A stretch of 24,551 bases of DNA from a virus (IMGVR_UViG_3300017785_003850:1-24551); one strand, 5' to 3'; shown: positions 14,982 through 24,367, numbered from the stretch's first letter. Program-made: numbers and translations. Notes: a model not told the origin generated them from the sequence alone.

Positions 14982-15346
14982 TCCCCCGGCGAAGCGTCCA
15001 ATTCTGCCGGATCAACCGGCCTTTCAGACTTCGGCGCAACAATCAACGCCAGATATCCGTCGGCAATCGACATTGCCTGTGGAAACCCCGCGTCGAAAAC
15101 CATGGCTTGCACCTGCTGCAATGTGTCCCCGCCGCCTGCTGCTTTCATGCCAATCCAGATCAGGATAGGCAAATTAGCGACGGTAAACGTCACCTTTGGC
15201 ACATACCCCGGCATTGCCGCCGCAATATTGGCCTCGCGCGCAAAGGCGATAGGGTCGGCCACCATTTGCGCAATCTCGGTTGCCGCTGCGAACGTCGCGC
15301 GCAACGTGATATCACGTCCGCCAAGGCTTGCGTTGATTTCCCGCAT
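14978..15346 (-). CDS. tail assembly chaperone (gpG / GTA gp10-like)
   Basis: LGG....LR.TF.A..EI motif; follows the major tail protein. Confidence 0.75.
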   Translation of the reverse strand: MREINASLGGRDITLRATFAAATEIAQMVADPIAFAREANIAAAMPGYVPKVTFTVANLPILIWIGMKAAGGGDTLQQVQAMVFDAGFPQAMSIADGYLALIVAPKSERPVDPAELDASPGE

Positions 15347-15738
15347 TAGACACCCGCCGTATAGACAACCGCGCCGCTCGACATGAACGTTGCCGAAAAC
15401 TCGACCGCGCCGTCGTGTTCCCCGTTTTGCTCAAACGATGAAACAAAAAACGTGCCTGCCAGCGTTCCGGTTGTGGTCGGAAGTCCAATCGAAATTGGCT
15501 CACCAGCCACGTTCGCCGCCATCATTGCGGCGATAAGGATCTGGTCTGACGAAACGCCGCCAACCGTCACCTCAACCGACCGCATCCCCGGCGTGGCCAG
15601 CAAGGTGCGCCAACCACTGTCATCATCGGTCGTGACATCAACGTGATCATTGGTGAGCGTGTAGCCCCGCGTCCGAACCCCGGCGAGCGTGGTCGAGTCC
15701 CAGCTAATCGTTAGCGCGCGTCCGTTTGCACCAGCCAT
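15346..15738 (-). CDS. major tail (tube) protein, TP901-1/GTA type
   Basis: VDVTT.D.SGWR.LL...G.RS..V...GV and G.F.V.S.E..GEHDG...FS.T..SSG motifs. Confidence 0.9.
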   Translation of the reverse strand: MAGANGRALTISWDSTTLAGVRTRGYTLTNDHVDVTTDDDSGWRTLLATPGMRSVEVTVGGVSSDQILIAAMMAANVAGEPISIGLPTTTGTLAGTFFVSSFEQNGEHDGAVEFSATFMSSGAVVYTAGV

Positions 15739-15741
15739 TTC

Positions 15742-16140
15742 TTAAGTCTCCTGTAATGTGAGGCGGTAGCGTGTTGCCCCGTGTTTCGTTATGCCGTCCG
15801 GGTCGGCCATTGCCTCGGAAAACTCAAACAAGCAGTCTGTTACACTATACCCCGTTTTGACAAGGTTTGCACGATGCAAAAGCCCATAGGCCGCGCCCAT
15901 GAATTCCTTGACCTCTGCAAACCCCGATGCGCGCGACCAGAAATGCAATGTCACCGTGCATTCCGCGCCGCGCGTGTCGTCTGTATCCCATGCGACCAAC
16001 GTATCTGCCCCAATCACGCAATAGGGGAAAGTTGTTCCCGGTGCGGCCTCTGGCAAAAACGGAGCGGTATCAAACACAGGGCAACCAATCGCGCCGTTCA
16101 ATCGGGAATAGACAATCTGTTGCGCGACATTCTCAAACAT
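15742..16140 (-). CDS. tail completion/terminator protein (DUF3168-like)
   Basis: VFD..P..FPY..IG, LH.WSR..G..E.K and D.DG.T.HG motifs. Confidence 0.85.
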   Translation of the reverse strand: MFENVAQQIVYSRLNGAIGCPVFDTAPFLPEAAPGTTFPYCVIGADTLVAWDTDDTRGAECTVTLHFWSRASGFAEVKEFMGAAYGLLHRANLVKTGYSVTDCLFEFSEAMADPDGITKHGATRYRLTLQET

Positions 16141-16658
16141 TAGGCAGACCGCGCCACAATGCCGATTTGGTAGGTTGCAGCCGCGCCCGACGAATTGGCA
16201 ATCCGCAGAATGTCACCAGTGCCTGCCGTTACCGCGCCAATGCCAGCCGCATCCGGCGAAGCGATGTAAAGAAACCCTCCTGGACGGATTGGTCCGATGG
16301 TCGGAGTGGTTCCGCCCAAGAAGCCGACAACCGGGTTACTCCCGCCGCCTATGGTCAAATTGGTCGTGTTGGCAGTTCCATCAATCGCCTTGTTGATGAT
16401 GAACAGCCCGACCAATTCAGCCGCCGTGAATGTTTGGCCGAAAGCGTTTGTCAGAACCCCGGAAAGGTCCAAGTCGTCATTGGTTGCGCTGGCAACCGTG
16501 CGCTGGTCAATGAACAACAGATCAGCAGTGTTTACCACCGTTCCATCGGTCAGGCTCAACGTGGCGTCCATATCCGGCGTCAATGTCGGCCCGCCAAAGT
16601 CATTCGATCCGGTTTGCGTTGCGCGAAGGAATGCGCGGATAGTCGTTGTCAGTGCCAT
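16140..16658 (-). CDS. hypothetical virion protein
   Basis: 172 aa, beta-rich; lies between the gp10-like and tail completion genes. Confidence 0.75.
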   Translation of the reverse strand: MALTTTIRAFLRATQTGSNDFGGPTLTPDMDATLSLTDGTVVNTADLLFIDQRTVASATNDDLDLSGVLTNAFGQTFTAAELVGLFIINKAIDGTANTTNLTIGGGSNPVVGFLGGTTPTIGPIRPGGFLYIASPDAAGIGAVTAGTGDILRIANSSGAAATYQIGIVARSA

Positions 16659-16659
16659 G

Positions 16660-17115
16660 CTATAGCCCCTTTGCCAGCGCTTCGATGCGCAATTTCAATT
16701 CTTTTTCAACGCCGATTTTAGCAACATTGAACGATGGAAGCAACCAAGGCCGCGCCGCCATTCGGCTTGTGCCAAACTCCAGCAACGGGCCATAGTTCAC
16801 AGCCGTGCCAACCGTTATCGTTTTGCCACGGTCGGCCATATCGCTGTCAACGCCAATCGAATCCTTCAGCCGCCCCGTGTCAGTTGAAGGATATTTTCCC
16901 GGCGCGGATGCGGTATGCGACCGACGCGGATTGTATTTCTCATAGGTGCGCCCGCCGCCGCCGCTGTGCTGAATGCCTTGAATGGCTAAGGCTTGCGTAT
17001 CAAATGCCAACTCGAACTTGACCCGGTCCAACACATCATCCGCATCAGCGCCCAGCGCCTTAAGTTGCGCCACCAACTCGGCCATGCCCTGCATTTGAAC
17101 GCCAACGCGCGTCAT
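16660..17115 (-). CDS. HK97 gp10-like tail component
   Basis: H.ASAPG..P..DTGRL..SI and LEFGTSRMAARPWL.P motifs. Confidence 0.85.
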   Translation of the reverse strand: MTRVGVQMQGMAELVAQLKALGADADDVLDRVKFELAFDTQALAIQGIQHSGGGGRTYEKYNPRRSHTASAPGKYPSTDTGRLKDSIGVDSDMADRGKTITVGTAVNYGPLLEFGTSRMAARPWLLPSFNVAKIGVEKELKLRIEALAKGL

Positions 17116-17456
17116 GACGCCACCCCATCGGACAAGCGCCAATCAAGCCAAGCCTCAAGCCCATCCGCGTCCACCACCCCTAGGACCGCGTATTCATTGC
17201 CGTCCCATAGCACCCGCTGCGCCGCCGTAGCGCCATCAAACCAGCGCGTCACCATCTTGAGCGTGTTACCGGGCGCTTGGCGCATGAATCCCCATTTCTC
17301 GGCCCCCGGAGCGGCCGTAATCATTGCCCGCGTTGGTGCCCCCGATACAGTGACCCAAGACACGATAAACCCGCCCTGACCGTCTGTAACGCGGTCCTTG
17401 GCCTGTATCGTGACCGACTGCCGCAAGCTGCCTATTTCATACTTGGCGCAGGTCAT
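17112..17456 (-). CDS. head closure / head-tail adaptor (SPP1 gp16-like)
   Basis: G.LR..VTIQ...DGQGG...W and RV.W.G..Y.V motifs. Confidence 0.85.
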   Translation of the reverse strand: MTCAKYEIGSLRQSVTIQAKDRVTDGQGGFIVSWVTVSGAPTRAMITAAPGAEKWGFMRQAPGNTLKMVTRWFDGATAAQRVLWDGNEYAVLGVVDADGLEAWLDWRLSDGVAS

Positions 17457-18085
17457 GAAAAGCCCATCTGATCAAGCCGCCGATACGGTCCAAGCATGGC
17501 CTTGCAGACCATTGGCATTTCGCAGCCCTCGCGGCATTCATACATCGCGGCAACGTGGATCTTGATCGCTTGCAAAATCGCGTAGGGAATTGGCGACGTG
17601 CCGGACACATACCGAATGGCCACCGCATCAACCCTCCGAAGATCGGATGGCCATGTTGATCCCTCATTCAGATACACCCGGCCCACGTCAAAGCCATAGT
17701 TGGCCGATGAAAACACCGCGCTTGAATTGTCGCGCGCGTAACTGGTGATCGACGTGATGGAAGCAACCGGCCCGAATGGCAAGTCAATCACATTTGGCGC
17801 GCCTTCCTCATATGGTATCGAAACCATGTGAACCCCCGGCCCCAAGCGGTCCAGACGGTCCAAGCTGTATTGCGGAAAGCCATCCATGCGCAATTCCAGC
17901 GTTTCCGCGACCAGCGACCTCTTGCAATACTGCCGCACAGCATCAGCCGCCGCATAGATAAACGCCTCGATCAGCGCATCGTCTGCCGTGCTTTCAAGGT
18001 TCAAGAATAGTTTCGCATCTGCAACCGATACAGGCAAGGAAGCCGGGGCGGTGATGATTGTCGCTGTGCGGCGATTGTATGTCAC
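17453..18085 (-). CDS. head-tail connector (gp6-like)
   Basis: P...PVS..DAK.FL....DDALI..I.AA and P..I.QAI...VA..YE.R motifs. Confidence 0.88.
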   Translation of the reverse strand: MTYNRRTATIITAPASLPVSVADAKLFLNLESTADDALIEAFIYAAADAVRQYCKRSLVAETLELRMDGFPQYSLDRLDRLGPGVHMVSIPYEEGAPNVIDLPFGPVASITSITSYARDNSSAVFSSANYGFDVGRVYLNEGSTWPSDLRRVDAVAIRYVSGTSPIPYAILQAIKIHVAAMYECREGCEMPMVCKAMLGPYRRLDQMGFS

Positions 18086-18192
18086 GGCTTGAACGTCCTT
18101 TGGATGAAGCCCGAAACGCCTGCAATCCGTGTTGCTGACTTCTCAGCAAATGTCGCGGGGCGGATGGGTTTGATAATTTCGGAAAGTTTCAT
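18082..18192 (-). CDS. 36-aa basic peptide
   Basis: MKLSEIIKPIRPATFAEKSATRIAGVSGFIQRTFKP*, AGGAGG RBS, GTGA-coupled to the connector gene. Confidence 0.5.
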   Translation of the reverse strand: MKLSEIIKPIRPATFAEKSATRIAGVSGFIQRTFKP

Positions 18193-18243
18193 ACGCCCTC
18201 CTGCCTTTGAGAATGGGCGAGTTTCCCCGCCCATCTGTCAAAA

Positions 18244-18696
18244 TCAGGTTGCAGCCGTCGCCGATCCGACGATGGTTGGCGGCTTTGCAATGCCGCCGCG
18301 CGAACGGCGACCCATCACATAGACGATGCCATCCGAAAGCGCGGTGCCAGTGCCGGATGCGCGAACGTAACGCTTGCCGCCAATGTATCCCAGCACTCCA
18401 GCAATCTTGTCGTCGTCTGTGTCCAAGGTGGTCGAGACGGTGACAGCGCCATTGACGCCATTGGTAGTGGCCACATCGGTAAAGCTTGCCGCCGTGGTCA
18501 CGTCAGCCTCTTGCAGCTTGATCGTATGGCCACCAGCCGCGCCCGCATCGTTTACCGTCGCGTTCAGGATGCAGATATCCAAGGCGTCATAACCCTGCAT
18601 GTCCACAAGCGACGTGGTTACGGTCGATGTGCCGGAGAAGGTCAGCTTGCCAAGCAGAACCCAAGAGGCGTCGTTTACAGTGTCGAATTTTGCCAT
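18244..18696 (-). CDS. putative capsid decoration protein
   Basis: Follows the capsid gene; VD..GY..., GY.G.KRYVR motif seen in post-capsid genes of alphaproteobacterial phages. Confidence 0.7.
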   Translation of the reverse strand: MAKFDTVNDASWVLLGKLTFSGTSTVTTSLVDMQGYDALDICILNATVNDAGAAGGHTIKLQEADVTTAASFTDVATTNGVNGAVTVSTTLDTDDDKIAGVLGYIGGKRYVRASGTGTALSDGIVYVMGRRSRGGIAKPPTIVGSATAAT

Positions 18697-18707
18697 GGTG
18701 TTGCTCC

Positions 18708-19904
18708 TTATGCCGACGCTTTGACAAGTTTAATCGCGTCGAATGACGTGACATCGCCACCAGTGCGCCGACGCAGGCGGAACACGGTGTAGGGGTCTGC
18801 GGTGTAGGGGTCGCGCAGAACCTGCAGGCCAATCCGGTCGAGGATGGTATATCCACGGCCAAAATCACCGTAAGCCGCAATCAGGTTCGACCCGGTGCCG
18901 ATTGCCTGCATGTCATCGGCAAAGATGATGCGCTTGCCAAGCAACTGCATTCCGGTGACGCCGTCCTTCAGCATCGTCTGGCCAAAGTAGAAGTTATCGG
19001 CCCCTTTCAGCTTGATGACAGCGCCAAAGGATGCCCGCTTCATCATCCAGACAGCGCTCGCCTGGTAGTCCTCTTTCAGCGCGGCTTGCGCGTCAATCAG
19101 GCCATCAGCGGTGAACGTAGTAGCAGCGCCAGAGTTGACTTGCTCAATCTTGTCGCGCTCGTAAACGCCAGCCGCCGCCCATGCGGAATAGGTCAGCAAC
19201 CCGCGCGGCTTGTTGACGCCATTGCCGGTGAAGAAAGCGGTGTTTTCGGTGCGGCTGATCTTGTCTGCGCCTTTGCCCTGCAGCCAAGTGGCAAGGTCAA
19301 AATACGCATCCTCGAGCATGTCTGCCGTCGCGTTCATCTTGGCGGTGATGTCATGCGCCACGATTTCTTTGTTGCCAACGTCCGGGGTATCTTCGGTCGC
19401 AACCGCCCGCTCGCCCGACCATTCGGCAGATCCTTCATCGTCGTCAATCAGGAGCGTCCGCGACTTCGCGCCGGTTTGCTCCACATTGGCGACAAGGCGG
19501 ATCGGCGACGTTTCAAACACGCGGCCAACCACGGTTGCCGACAGTTCCGGCATGACCAGATAACCGCCCTTGGGGTTGGTATCGGTTGCCATTGCGCGGA
19601 TTTCCAGCGACAACTTGCCTTCCTTGCGAACGAAGTCGCTCAGATCGGCGCGGGCCTTGGTTTCGTCGGCATTGCCGCCGCCCATGTCCCCGCGCTGCAT
19701 GGCCGCTTCCATCGCCGATGCCTTGCTTTCAATCGCTTGGATTTGAGCCATTGCATCGGTGACCTGCTTGGCCATCGCGTCAAACTTGGCTTCGGTTACA
19801 ACATCGCGCTGCTTTTCTTTCAGCGCATCGACTTCGGCCCGGAGAGGAACGAATGCTTCGTTTACCTTTTCAACCAGGTCCTTGATTTCTTGCATGTCAG
19901 ACAT
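18708..19904 (-). CDS. major capsid protein, HK97 family
   Basis: N-terminal coiled-coil delta domain, GGYLV, EN.AF.TGNG..KPRG and YGDF..GY.I.DR.G...LRDPY...R.GG.V...AIK motifs. Confidence 0.97.
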   Translation of the reverse strand: MSDMQEIKDLVEKVNEAFVPLRAEVDALKEKQRDVVTEAKFDAMAKQVTDAMAQIQAIESKASAMEAAMQRGDMGGGNADETKARADLSDFVRKEGKLSLEIRAMATDTNPKGGYLVMPELSATVVGRVFETSPIRLVANVEQTGAKSRTLLIDDDEGSAEWSGERAVATEDTPDVGNKEIVAHDITAKMNATADMLEDAYFDLATWLQGKGADKISRTENTAFFTGNGVNKPRGLLTYSAWAAAGVYERDKIEQVNSGAATTFTADGLIDAQAALKEDYQASAVWMMKRASFGAVIKLKGADNFYFGQTMLKDGVTGMQLLGKRIIFADDMQAIGTGSNLIAAYGDFGRGYTILDRIGLQVLRDPYTADPYTVFRLRRRTGGDVTSFDAIKLVKASA

Positions 19905-20559
19905 TTGACAAACCTTTCAGGAGTTGTTGCAGTTGATTTTTCAACTCTGCCTCAGCGTCCCGCTGATCTGCGTCGTCAAGGCCCGCGCCCGCAGCGTCCC
20001 GCTGCCCAGCCCATGCCTTCCATCCGTCCGCCGTGATGATCTTTGCATCCCAACGGGAAAACCCTTGTTGCTTTAGCATCACCTCGAATGACCGCTCTGT
20101 CATTTGCGACTTGACGCTTTGCACCAGTGCCGATTGATCTGCTGGCATGGTCACGAATGACACCTCATACAGATCGACTTCCTTTAGCAATCGCGCGCCG
20201 TCCTTCACAACCTCATCCGCAACGGTGCGGAACCCAATCGACAGCCCATCAATAGCGCCCATGGAAAGCAATTCAAATGCTTCCCCGCCCGCTTCGGTTT
20301 TTAGTGCAAGACGCCCTTGGACGTAAAGACCCTTTGCATCCTCGCGCGCGTCATCCCAAACGCCGATAGGCTCACCCATATTGTGCTGCCAAAGCATCTT
20401 GGGCTTGCGCTTGGTTAGCGACTTGGTAAACGCCCCCGGCATAACCGTGTCGCCATAAGCATCAATACCGCCGAAAACTGATCCGTATCCGGTCACAACG
20501 CCTTGCGCGTCGGCTTTCAGTTCCAGCGTTAGAGACTTGAATTCCATTCCGCGCCTCAT
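19897..20559 (-). CDS. HK97-family prohead protease
   Basis: GYGSVF, GAF, LWQH..PIG, GLSIGF and L.EVSFVT.PA motifs. Confidence 0.95.
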   Translation of the reverse strand: MRRGMEFKSLTLELKADAQGVVTGYGSVFGGIDAYGDTVMPGAFTKSLTKRKPKMLWQHNMGEPIGVWDDAREDAKGLYVQGRLALKTEAGGEAFELLSMGAIDGLSIGFRTVADEVVKDGARLLKEVDLYEVSFVTMPADQSALVQSVKSQMTERSFEVMLKQQGFSRWDAKIITADGWKAWAGQRDAAGAGLDDADQRDAEAELKNQLQQLLKGLSNV

Positions 20560-20570
20560 TGGTTAAGCGT

Positions 20571-20599
20571 GTTATAACATATTCTCTCGGCTTGCGCTA
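20571..20599 (-). promoter_or_regulatory. putative phage late promoter (copy 1) upstream of protease/capsid
   Basis: TAGCGC-N12-TATGTTATAAC on the - strand (extended -10 TGnTATAAC). Confidence 0.6.
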
Positions 20600-21448
20600 G
20601 GCTTCGCCCGTCTTGGGCCATGGCCTGCCGACACGCCGATAAATCAAAGCGCAACGGCAGTTGATGACATTGCCCGGTGACCCGCCCGGATCGCCTGGCC
20701 CCGTCATCAATTCAACCATTCCGTTCTTGCTAGGAACCTCAAACATTTGATCCGGCCCAACCGTTACTTCATTCATTGCGCGATGGTTGAATTGGTCAAC
20801 AATGCCGTCACCTTCGCCAAAGTCCCGCGTCCGATGGTCGAATACGCTGATCCATCGCTTATTCATCGGGAAAGGCGCGGATGCGGCAACGGCTTGGCTT
20901 GCGTGGATTGCTGCCGTGTGGACCTCAGTCCGCGCGATGATATGCGCCCTTGTCCGGCTAAGTTGCGGAATGGCGTCGGTGATTGCTTTGGCTATCTGAT
21001 CAAGCCCTTGCCCGTTGTTGATACCCTTTTCAATCATTCGCACTATTTGGTTTCGCGTGGCTTCCATGATCTGTTGAACCTTTACCGCGCCGAAACGTTG
21101 GATAAAGTCCATCATAATCTGCTCAAATAGCGTGATCTTGTCTTGCTTGGTTTCAAGCTTTGGGTATGCACCCTTGTCTTGATCCACAACCATATCCCCG
21201 CCCGCAATAGTCGCATCCCGCCACATGCGGGCAAGCACCGCAGTCATTGCGCGCTTGCCTTCAATCGGGATATCTGGAACCCCGATTGCCACCCATTTAT
21301 CCAGCCCATCGCGATAGTTTGCCGCCAATACCCTAGACAGCCGCCGCTCACTTGCCCTGATGACAGTGAGTTGCGCCTTCCATTGGGCCCGGGCGGATTG
21401 GCTGTCTGTCATGCTTAGCGCTCTGGCATCGGGGGCAAGCCGTCGCAT
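20597..21448 (-). CDS. minor head protein (Mu gpF / SPP1 gp7-like)
   Basis: RA..IARTE, K.W....D.RTR...H and PGDP......INCRC motifs. Start uncertain (21454, 21448 or 21412). Confidence 0.9.
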   Translation of the reverse strand: MRRLAPDARALSMTDSQSARAQWKAQLTVIRASERRLSRVLAANYRDGLDKWVAIGVPDIPIEGKRAMTAVLARMWRDATIAGGDMVVDQDKGAYPKLETKQDKITLFEQIMMDFIQRFGAVKVQQIMEATRNQIVRMIEKGINNGQGLDQIAKAITDAIPQLSRTRAHIIARTEVHTAAIHASQAVAASAPFPMNKRWISVFDHRTRDFGEGDGIVDQFNHRAMNEVTVGPDQMFEVPSKNGMVELMTGPGDPGGSPGNVINCRCALIYRRVGRPWPKTGEA

Positions 21449-21514
21449 TGGCACGCTCCGTAGAGCGTGAGAGGGTTGCCATAGAGTTCAAGCGTTCCCA
21501 GCATTCATTTGGCC

Positions 21515-21751
21515 CTAGAGCAAATCCACAATGTCCGCCGCTGTAATCCCGGCGCTCAGGCTTTCGTTCGCTATCTCCGTTGCCTTGTCGCGAAGCATGG
21601 CCAAAAGACTAGCACGGGTAAATGGCGATGTGACAACAAGAATGTCGGCATAAGACCCTAGGTCAGTTGCCAGAACCGTCACGTTGAAAATGACACTCTG
21701 TGTCGCGGCGTTGTATCCGGCATATTCATAGCTTGCAAAATATGTTCTCAT
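21515..21751 (-). CDS. hypothetical protein
   Basis: 78 aa, GAGG RBS. Confidence 0.65.
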   Translation of the reverse strand: MRTYFASYEYAGYNAATQSVIFNVTVLATDLGSYADILVVTSPFTRASLLAMLRDKATEIANESLSAGITAADIVDLL

Positions 21752-21758
21752 AGCTGCC

Positions 21759-22631
21759 TCATGTGATTGGAACGATCAGAATAAATCCGTTGCCGCCTCT
21801 GCCACCCGTTCCCCCAGTTGTGCCGCCGCCGCCGCCCCCACCACCGGAGCCGGGGCCACCATTGCCGCCATTCCCGCCGATGCTAAGGTTGCTCGACCCG
21901 CCGCCTGAGCCGCCGGTTGAAAATAGCAGGTTCGGGTTCGACCACCCGCCCGCGCCGTTGTTCGATCCCGCTGCGCCGCCCAATATGTCTGGAATGTCAG
22001 CCGCGCCGCCGCCGCCGCTGATGCTGCCCCCGGCGAAGTCAGCCGCCGTAACCCCGCCGCCACCGGCCCCGCTCGATAGGCCCGGGGTTGTGGTGCCCCA
22101 TGCAATGGTTGTTCCGGCTGCGCCCGTCTGGACGCCGCCCGCGCCGCCCGCATGGCCTACGTTGAAAATCGGGATGCCAGCATAGCCCGAGATGTTAGAC
22201 AGTGCGGTTGAGATAGCCCCCGCCGTGCCGCTAGCACCCGCCGCCGCACCCGTGCCCGTGCCGCCAGCGCCGCCGCCGTTCGCCGCTGCGATGTTGGTCA
22301 ATGATGCAGTTGCGTTGGCCCGTGCGACGAATGAAGCGCCCCCGGCAGTTACCGCCGCGCCGCCAATGCCGGGGTTGACGTATAGCAGGCGGGGGAGAAC
22401 CGCAGCCGGTATCCAAAGGCGCGTGACCGATGCCGAACCACCACCACCCCCACCACCACGAGCCGCCGCTGCAATCCCCGTGAATCCGTTGCCGCCCCCG
22501 CCGCCTGCCCCGACAAGGAGCATGAAGATCATAGCTGCATTGTCGGGCACCTCATAGATTTGAGGCGACCCTGACGGCCAGAAAAGCGACTTGGCGTCAC
22601 GAATGGGGAGTTGGCTTGGAAGGAATGGCAT
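21759..22631 (-). CDS. glycine-rich virion protein (polyglycine-II-type adhesin candidate)
   Basis: VGAGGGGG...GGGGGG...GSGGGGGGG...GG.GGNG.I.I pattern. Confidence 0.8.
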   Translation of the reverse strand: MPFLPSQLPIRDAKSLFWPSGSPQIYEVPDNAAMIFMLLVGAGGGGGNGFTGIAAAARGGGGGGGSASVTRLWIPAAVLPRLLYVNPGIGGAAVTAGGASFVARANATASLTNIAAANGGGAGGTGTGAAAGASGTAGAISTALSNISGYAGIPIFNVGHAGGAGGVQTGAAGTTIAWGTTTPGLSSGAGGGGVTAADFAGGSISGGGGAADIPDILGGAAGSNNGAGGWSNPNLLFSTGGSGGGSSNLSIGGNGGNGGPGSGGGGGGGGTTGGTGGRGGNGFILIVPIT

Positions 22632-22643
22632 GTGTTGCCCCGT

Positions 22644-23081
22644 TCACATTTGCGAGCCGTAAGCCGTCACGCTAAAGCCCGCTGCGACTGCCGTGCCGAT
22701 GGTCACGAAAAGCTTGGTGCCGGATGGGAACCACCGCTTGATCGAAATTGCGACAGGAACCAAGGCCGCGACCTGCGAAACATTCGATGCAGGGCATGTG
22801 ACTTCATCTATCAGTTCGTTGTTCGCCGCCGTGGCGTTCGTCGCGTTGGAGTTGGAGAAGGCCCGCATGACAGTTGCGACGTTAGTTCCCCTTGGGACGA
22901 TCTTGATGTAATCAATGAACGCCCCGCCCGTGCCCGCGACCCAATCCGCCGCCGTGCCAGCCGTGTTGGTCTGAAGGAAAGTCACCGTGCCCGTGCCATC
23001 CGCCGCCGTGTTCGCAGCCGTGATGTTCGTGGTGTTGTAAATGAAGACGGCAGTCGTTCCGAATTGTGGAGTAGTGGCCAT
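22644..23081 (-). CDS. virion structural protein (fibre-associated)
   Basis: 145 aa; ANTA.DGTGT, G..I..I....GTNVA.V.R motif; AGGAG RBS. Confidence 0.75.
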   Translation of the reverse strand: MATTPQFGTTAVFIYNTTNITAANTAADGTGTVTFLQTNTAGTAADWVAGTGGAFIDYIKIVPRGTNVATVMRAFSNSNATNATAANNELIDEVTCPASNVSQVAALVPVAISIKRWFPSGTKLFVTIGTAVAAGFSVTAYGSQM

Positions 23082-23092
23082 TGGTTTTGCTC

Positions 23093-24367
23093 CTAGTAGA
23101 TCACAAGGCCAGACATGGCCTTATTTATGCCGAAGTCAGTAGGGGCGACGATTGTTGTATTGGCTACAGCCGTCACCAATCCCTTGTCGTTAACCGTCAG
23201 GACAGGCACTTGCGTCGATGACCCGAACGATCCGACGTTGCTGTTGACCGTTGCGAGGGTAGTAGCGTTAGACCCCGCCGCCGCCGTAATATCGCCCGTA
23301 AGGGCCGCGCGCTGCAATAGCGGGGTCGCATCAACATAGGTCAGGGACGCGTCAAGCATCGCCCCCACAGCGTCCTGCGCTGCCTCGTCAGTGTATTGCG
23401 TCACGTCCCCGACGAATAAGAAATCACCATCGGTTGCGGCAAGATTGAACTGCGCCTTCGTGCCGGTAATGCCGACGATACTGGTCTGATCGCCCAAGTT
23501 TGTCCCGGTCAGGCCAAGATCGGTTTTGAGCGTGGCTAGCGCTTGCACCTCTGGCGCGCCAGCCCCTGCCGTCTTGCGGTAGACAACCGAAGCCGTGGCC
23601 ATGTCGGCCTGCTTTGCAAGCGTTACCGCCCCGACATCAATCGTCCAGACCGATCCAGACCCCGAGACGGCAATGTCCCCCTTGTCCCCATCCGACACGC
23701 CACCGGACGCCGCTGCCCAAGTGCCATCGGCCCGCAAGAAGTTCGCCGTTCCGCCGCCAGAGGCAGGAACAAGGCCCGCAAGCGTATCGTCAAACAGAGG
23801 CAGCGTTGCGCCCGCGCCAGTCGAAGATGACAGAATGCGCGTGGCCTCGTCATAGGCTAGGTCAGTTCCAGCCCCGCTGCCACCAGATGACCCCACCCCG
23901 CCGCCATAGATGACAGACGCCTCACCGTTCTTTCCATCCCGGCCTTTGACGTGACCAGCGGTAATCTTGCGGCCCGTCGTCAATTCAATGATGAGATAGC
24001 CAGCTTCGCTCACATAGGCGTTGGCAACTCCTACGCCGTCCTGCCCATCCTCGCCCGGATCGCCCTTGTCACCTTTCGCACCCGGATCGCCCTTGTCGCC
24101 CTTTTCCCCGCGAATGGATAAGCCACTCTCGCCCTTGTCCCCCTTGATGGTTTTCCCATCAATGCCGTCGGTGCCATCAACGCCGCGCGGGCCGATTACA
24201 TTCCCCAGGTCAACAGTCGATCCGCCGCTCGACATAAACAAGCGACCGTCCTTGACCGCAAACGCCGGGGCGAAAGCTTCAATGGCCGACCTGTCCCGCG
24301 ATGCCAGCGCCTTCTCGACTTCCTTGCGCGCCGCTGCAACGATTAGGGCGAATTCAGCCGTCTTCAT
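23093..24367 (-). CDS. collagen-repeat fibre protein
   Basis: G-X-Y repeats (GPRGVDGTDGIDG...GEKGDKGDPGAKGDKGDPGEDGQDG), FLRADGTWA, SDGDKGDI, and a .V.V..KG.VT fibre repeat. Confidence 0.8.
   Translation of the reverse strand: MKTAEFALIVAAARKEVEKALASRDRSAIEAFAPAFAVKDGRLFMSSGGSTVDLGNVIGPRGVDGTDGIDGKTIKGDKGESGLSIRGEKGDKGDPGAKGDKGDPGEDGQDGVGVANAYVSEAGYLIIELTTGRKITAGHVKGRDGKNGEASVIYGGGVGSSGGSGAGTDLAYDEATRILSSSTGAGATLPLFDDTLAGLVPASGGGTANFLRADGTWAAASGGVSDGDKGDIAVSGSGSVWTIDVGAVTLAKQADMATASVVYRKTAGAGAPEVQALATLKTDLGLTGTNLGDQTSIVGITGTKAQFNLAATDGDFLFVGDVTQYTDEAAQDAVGAMLDASLTYVDATPLLQRAALTGDITAAAGSNATTLATVNSNVGSFGSSTQVPVLTVNDKGLVTAVANTTIVAPTDFGINKAMSGLVIY

Noticed and set aside
19086-20036. 316-aa + strand ORF opposite the capsid gene (and similar long antisense ORFs in the late region)
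   Set aside because: Antisense open frames are expected in GC-rich coding DNA, and these have no recognisable motifs.
14739-20559. Gene transfer agent (RcGTA-like) cluster
   Set aside because: Several genes resemble GTA homologues, but the long tape measure, gpF and gp10 genes, full lysis cassette and adjacent early genes indicate a genuine phage or prophage.
21763-22557. Pro-rich + strand ORFs and GCC/CCG repeats
   Set aside because: These are antisense shadows of the glycine-rich - strand gene. The 3-nt period is coding, unlike the 5-nt arrays.
24051-24100. Direct repeat CCCGGATCGCCCTTGTC
   Set aside because: Explained by the collagen GDKGDPG repeats of the fibre protein.
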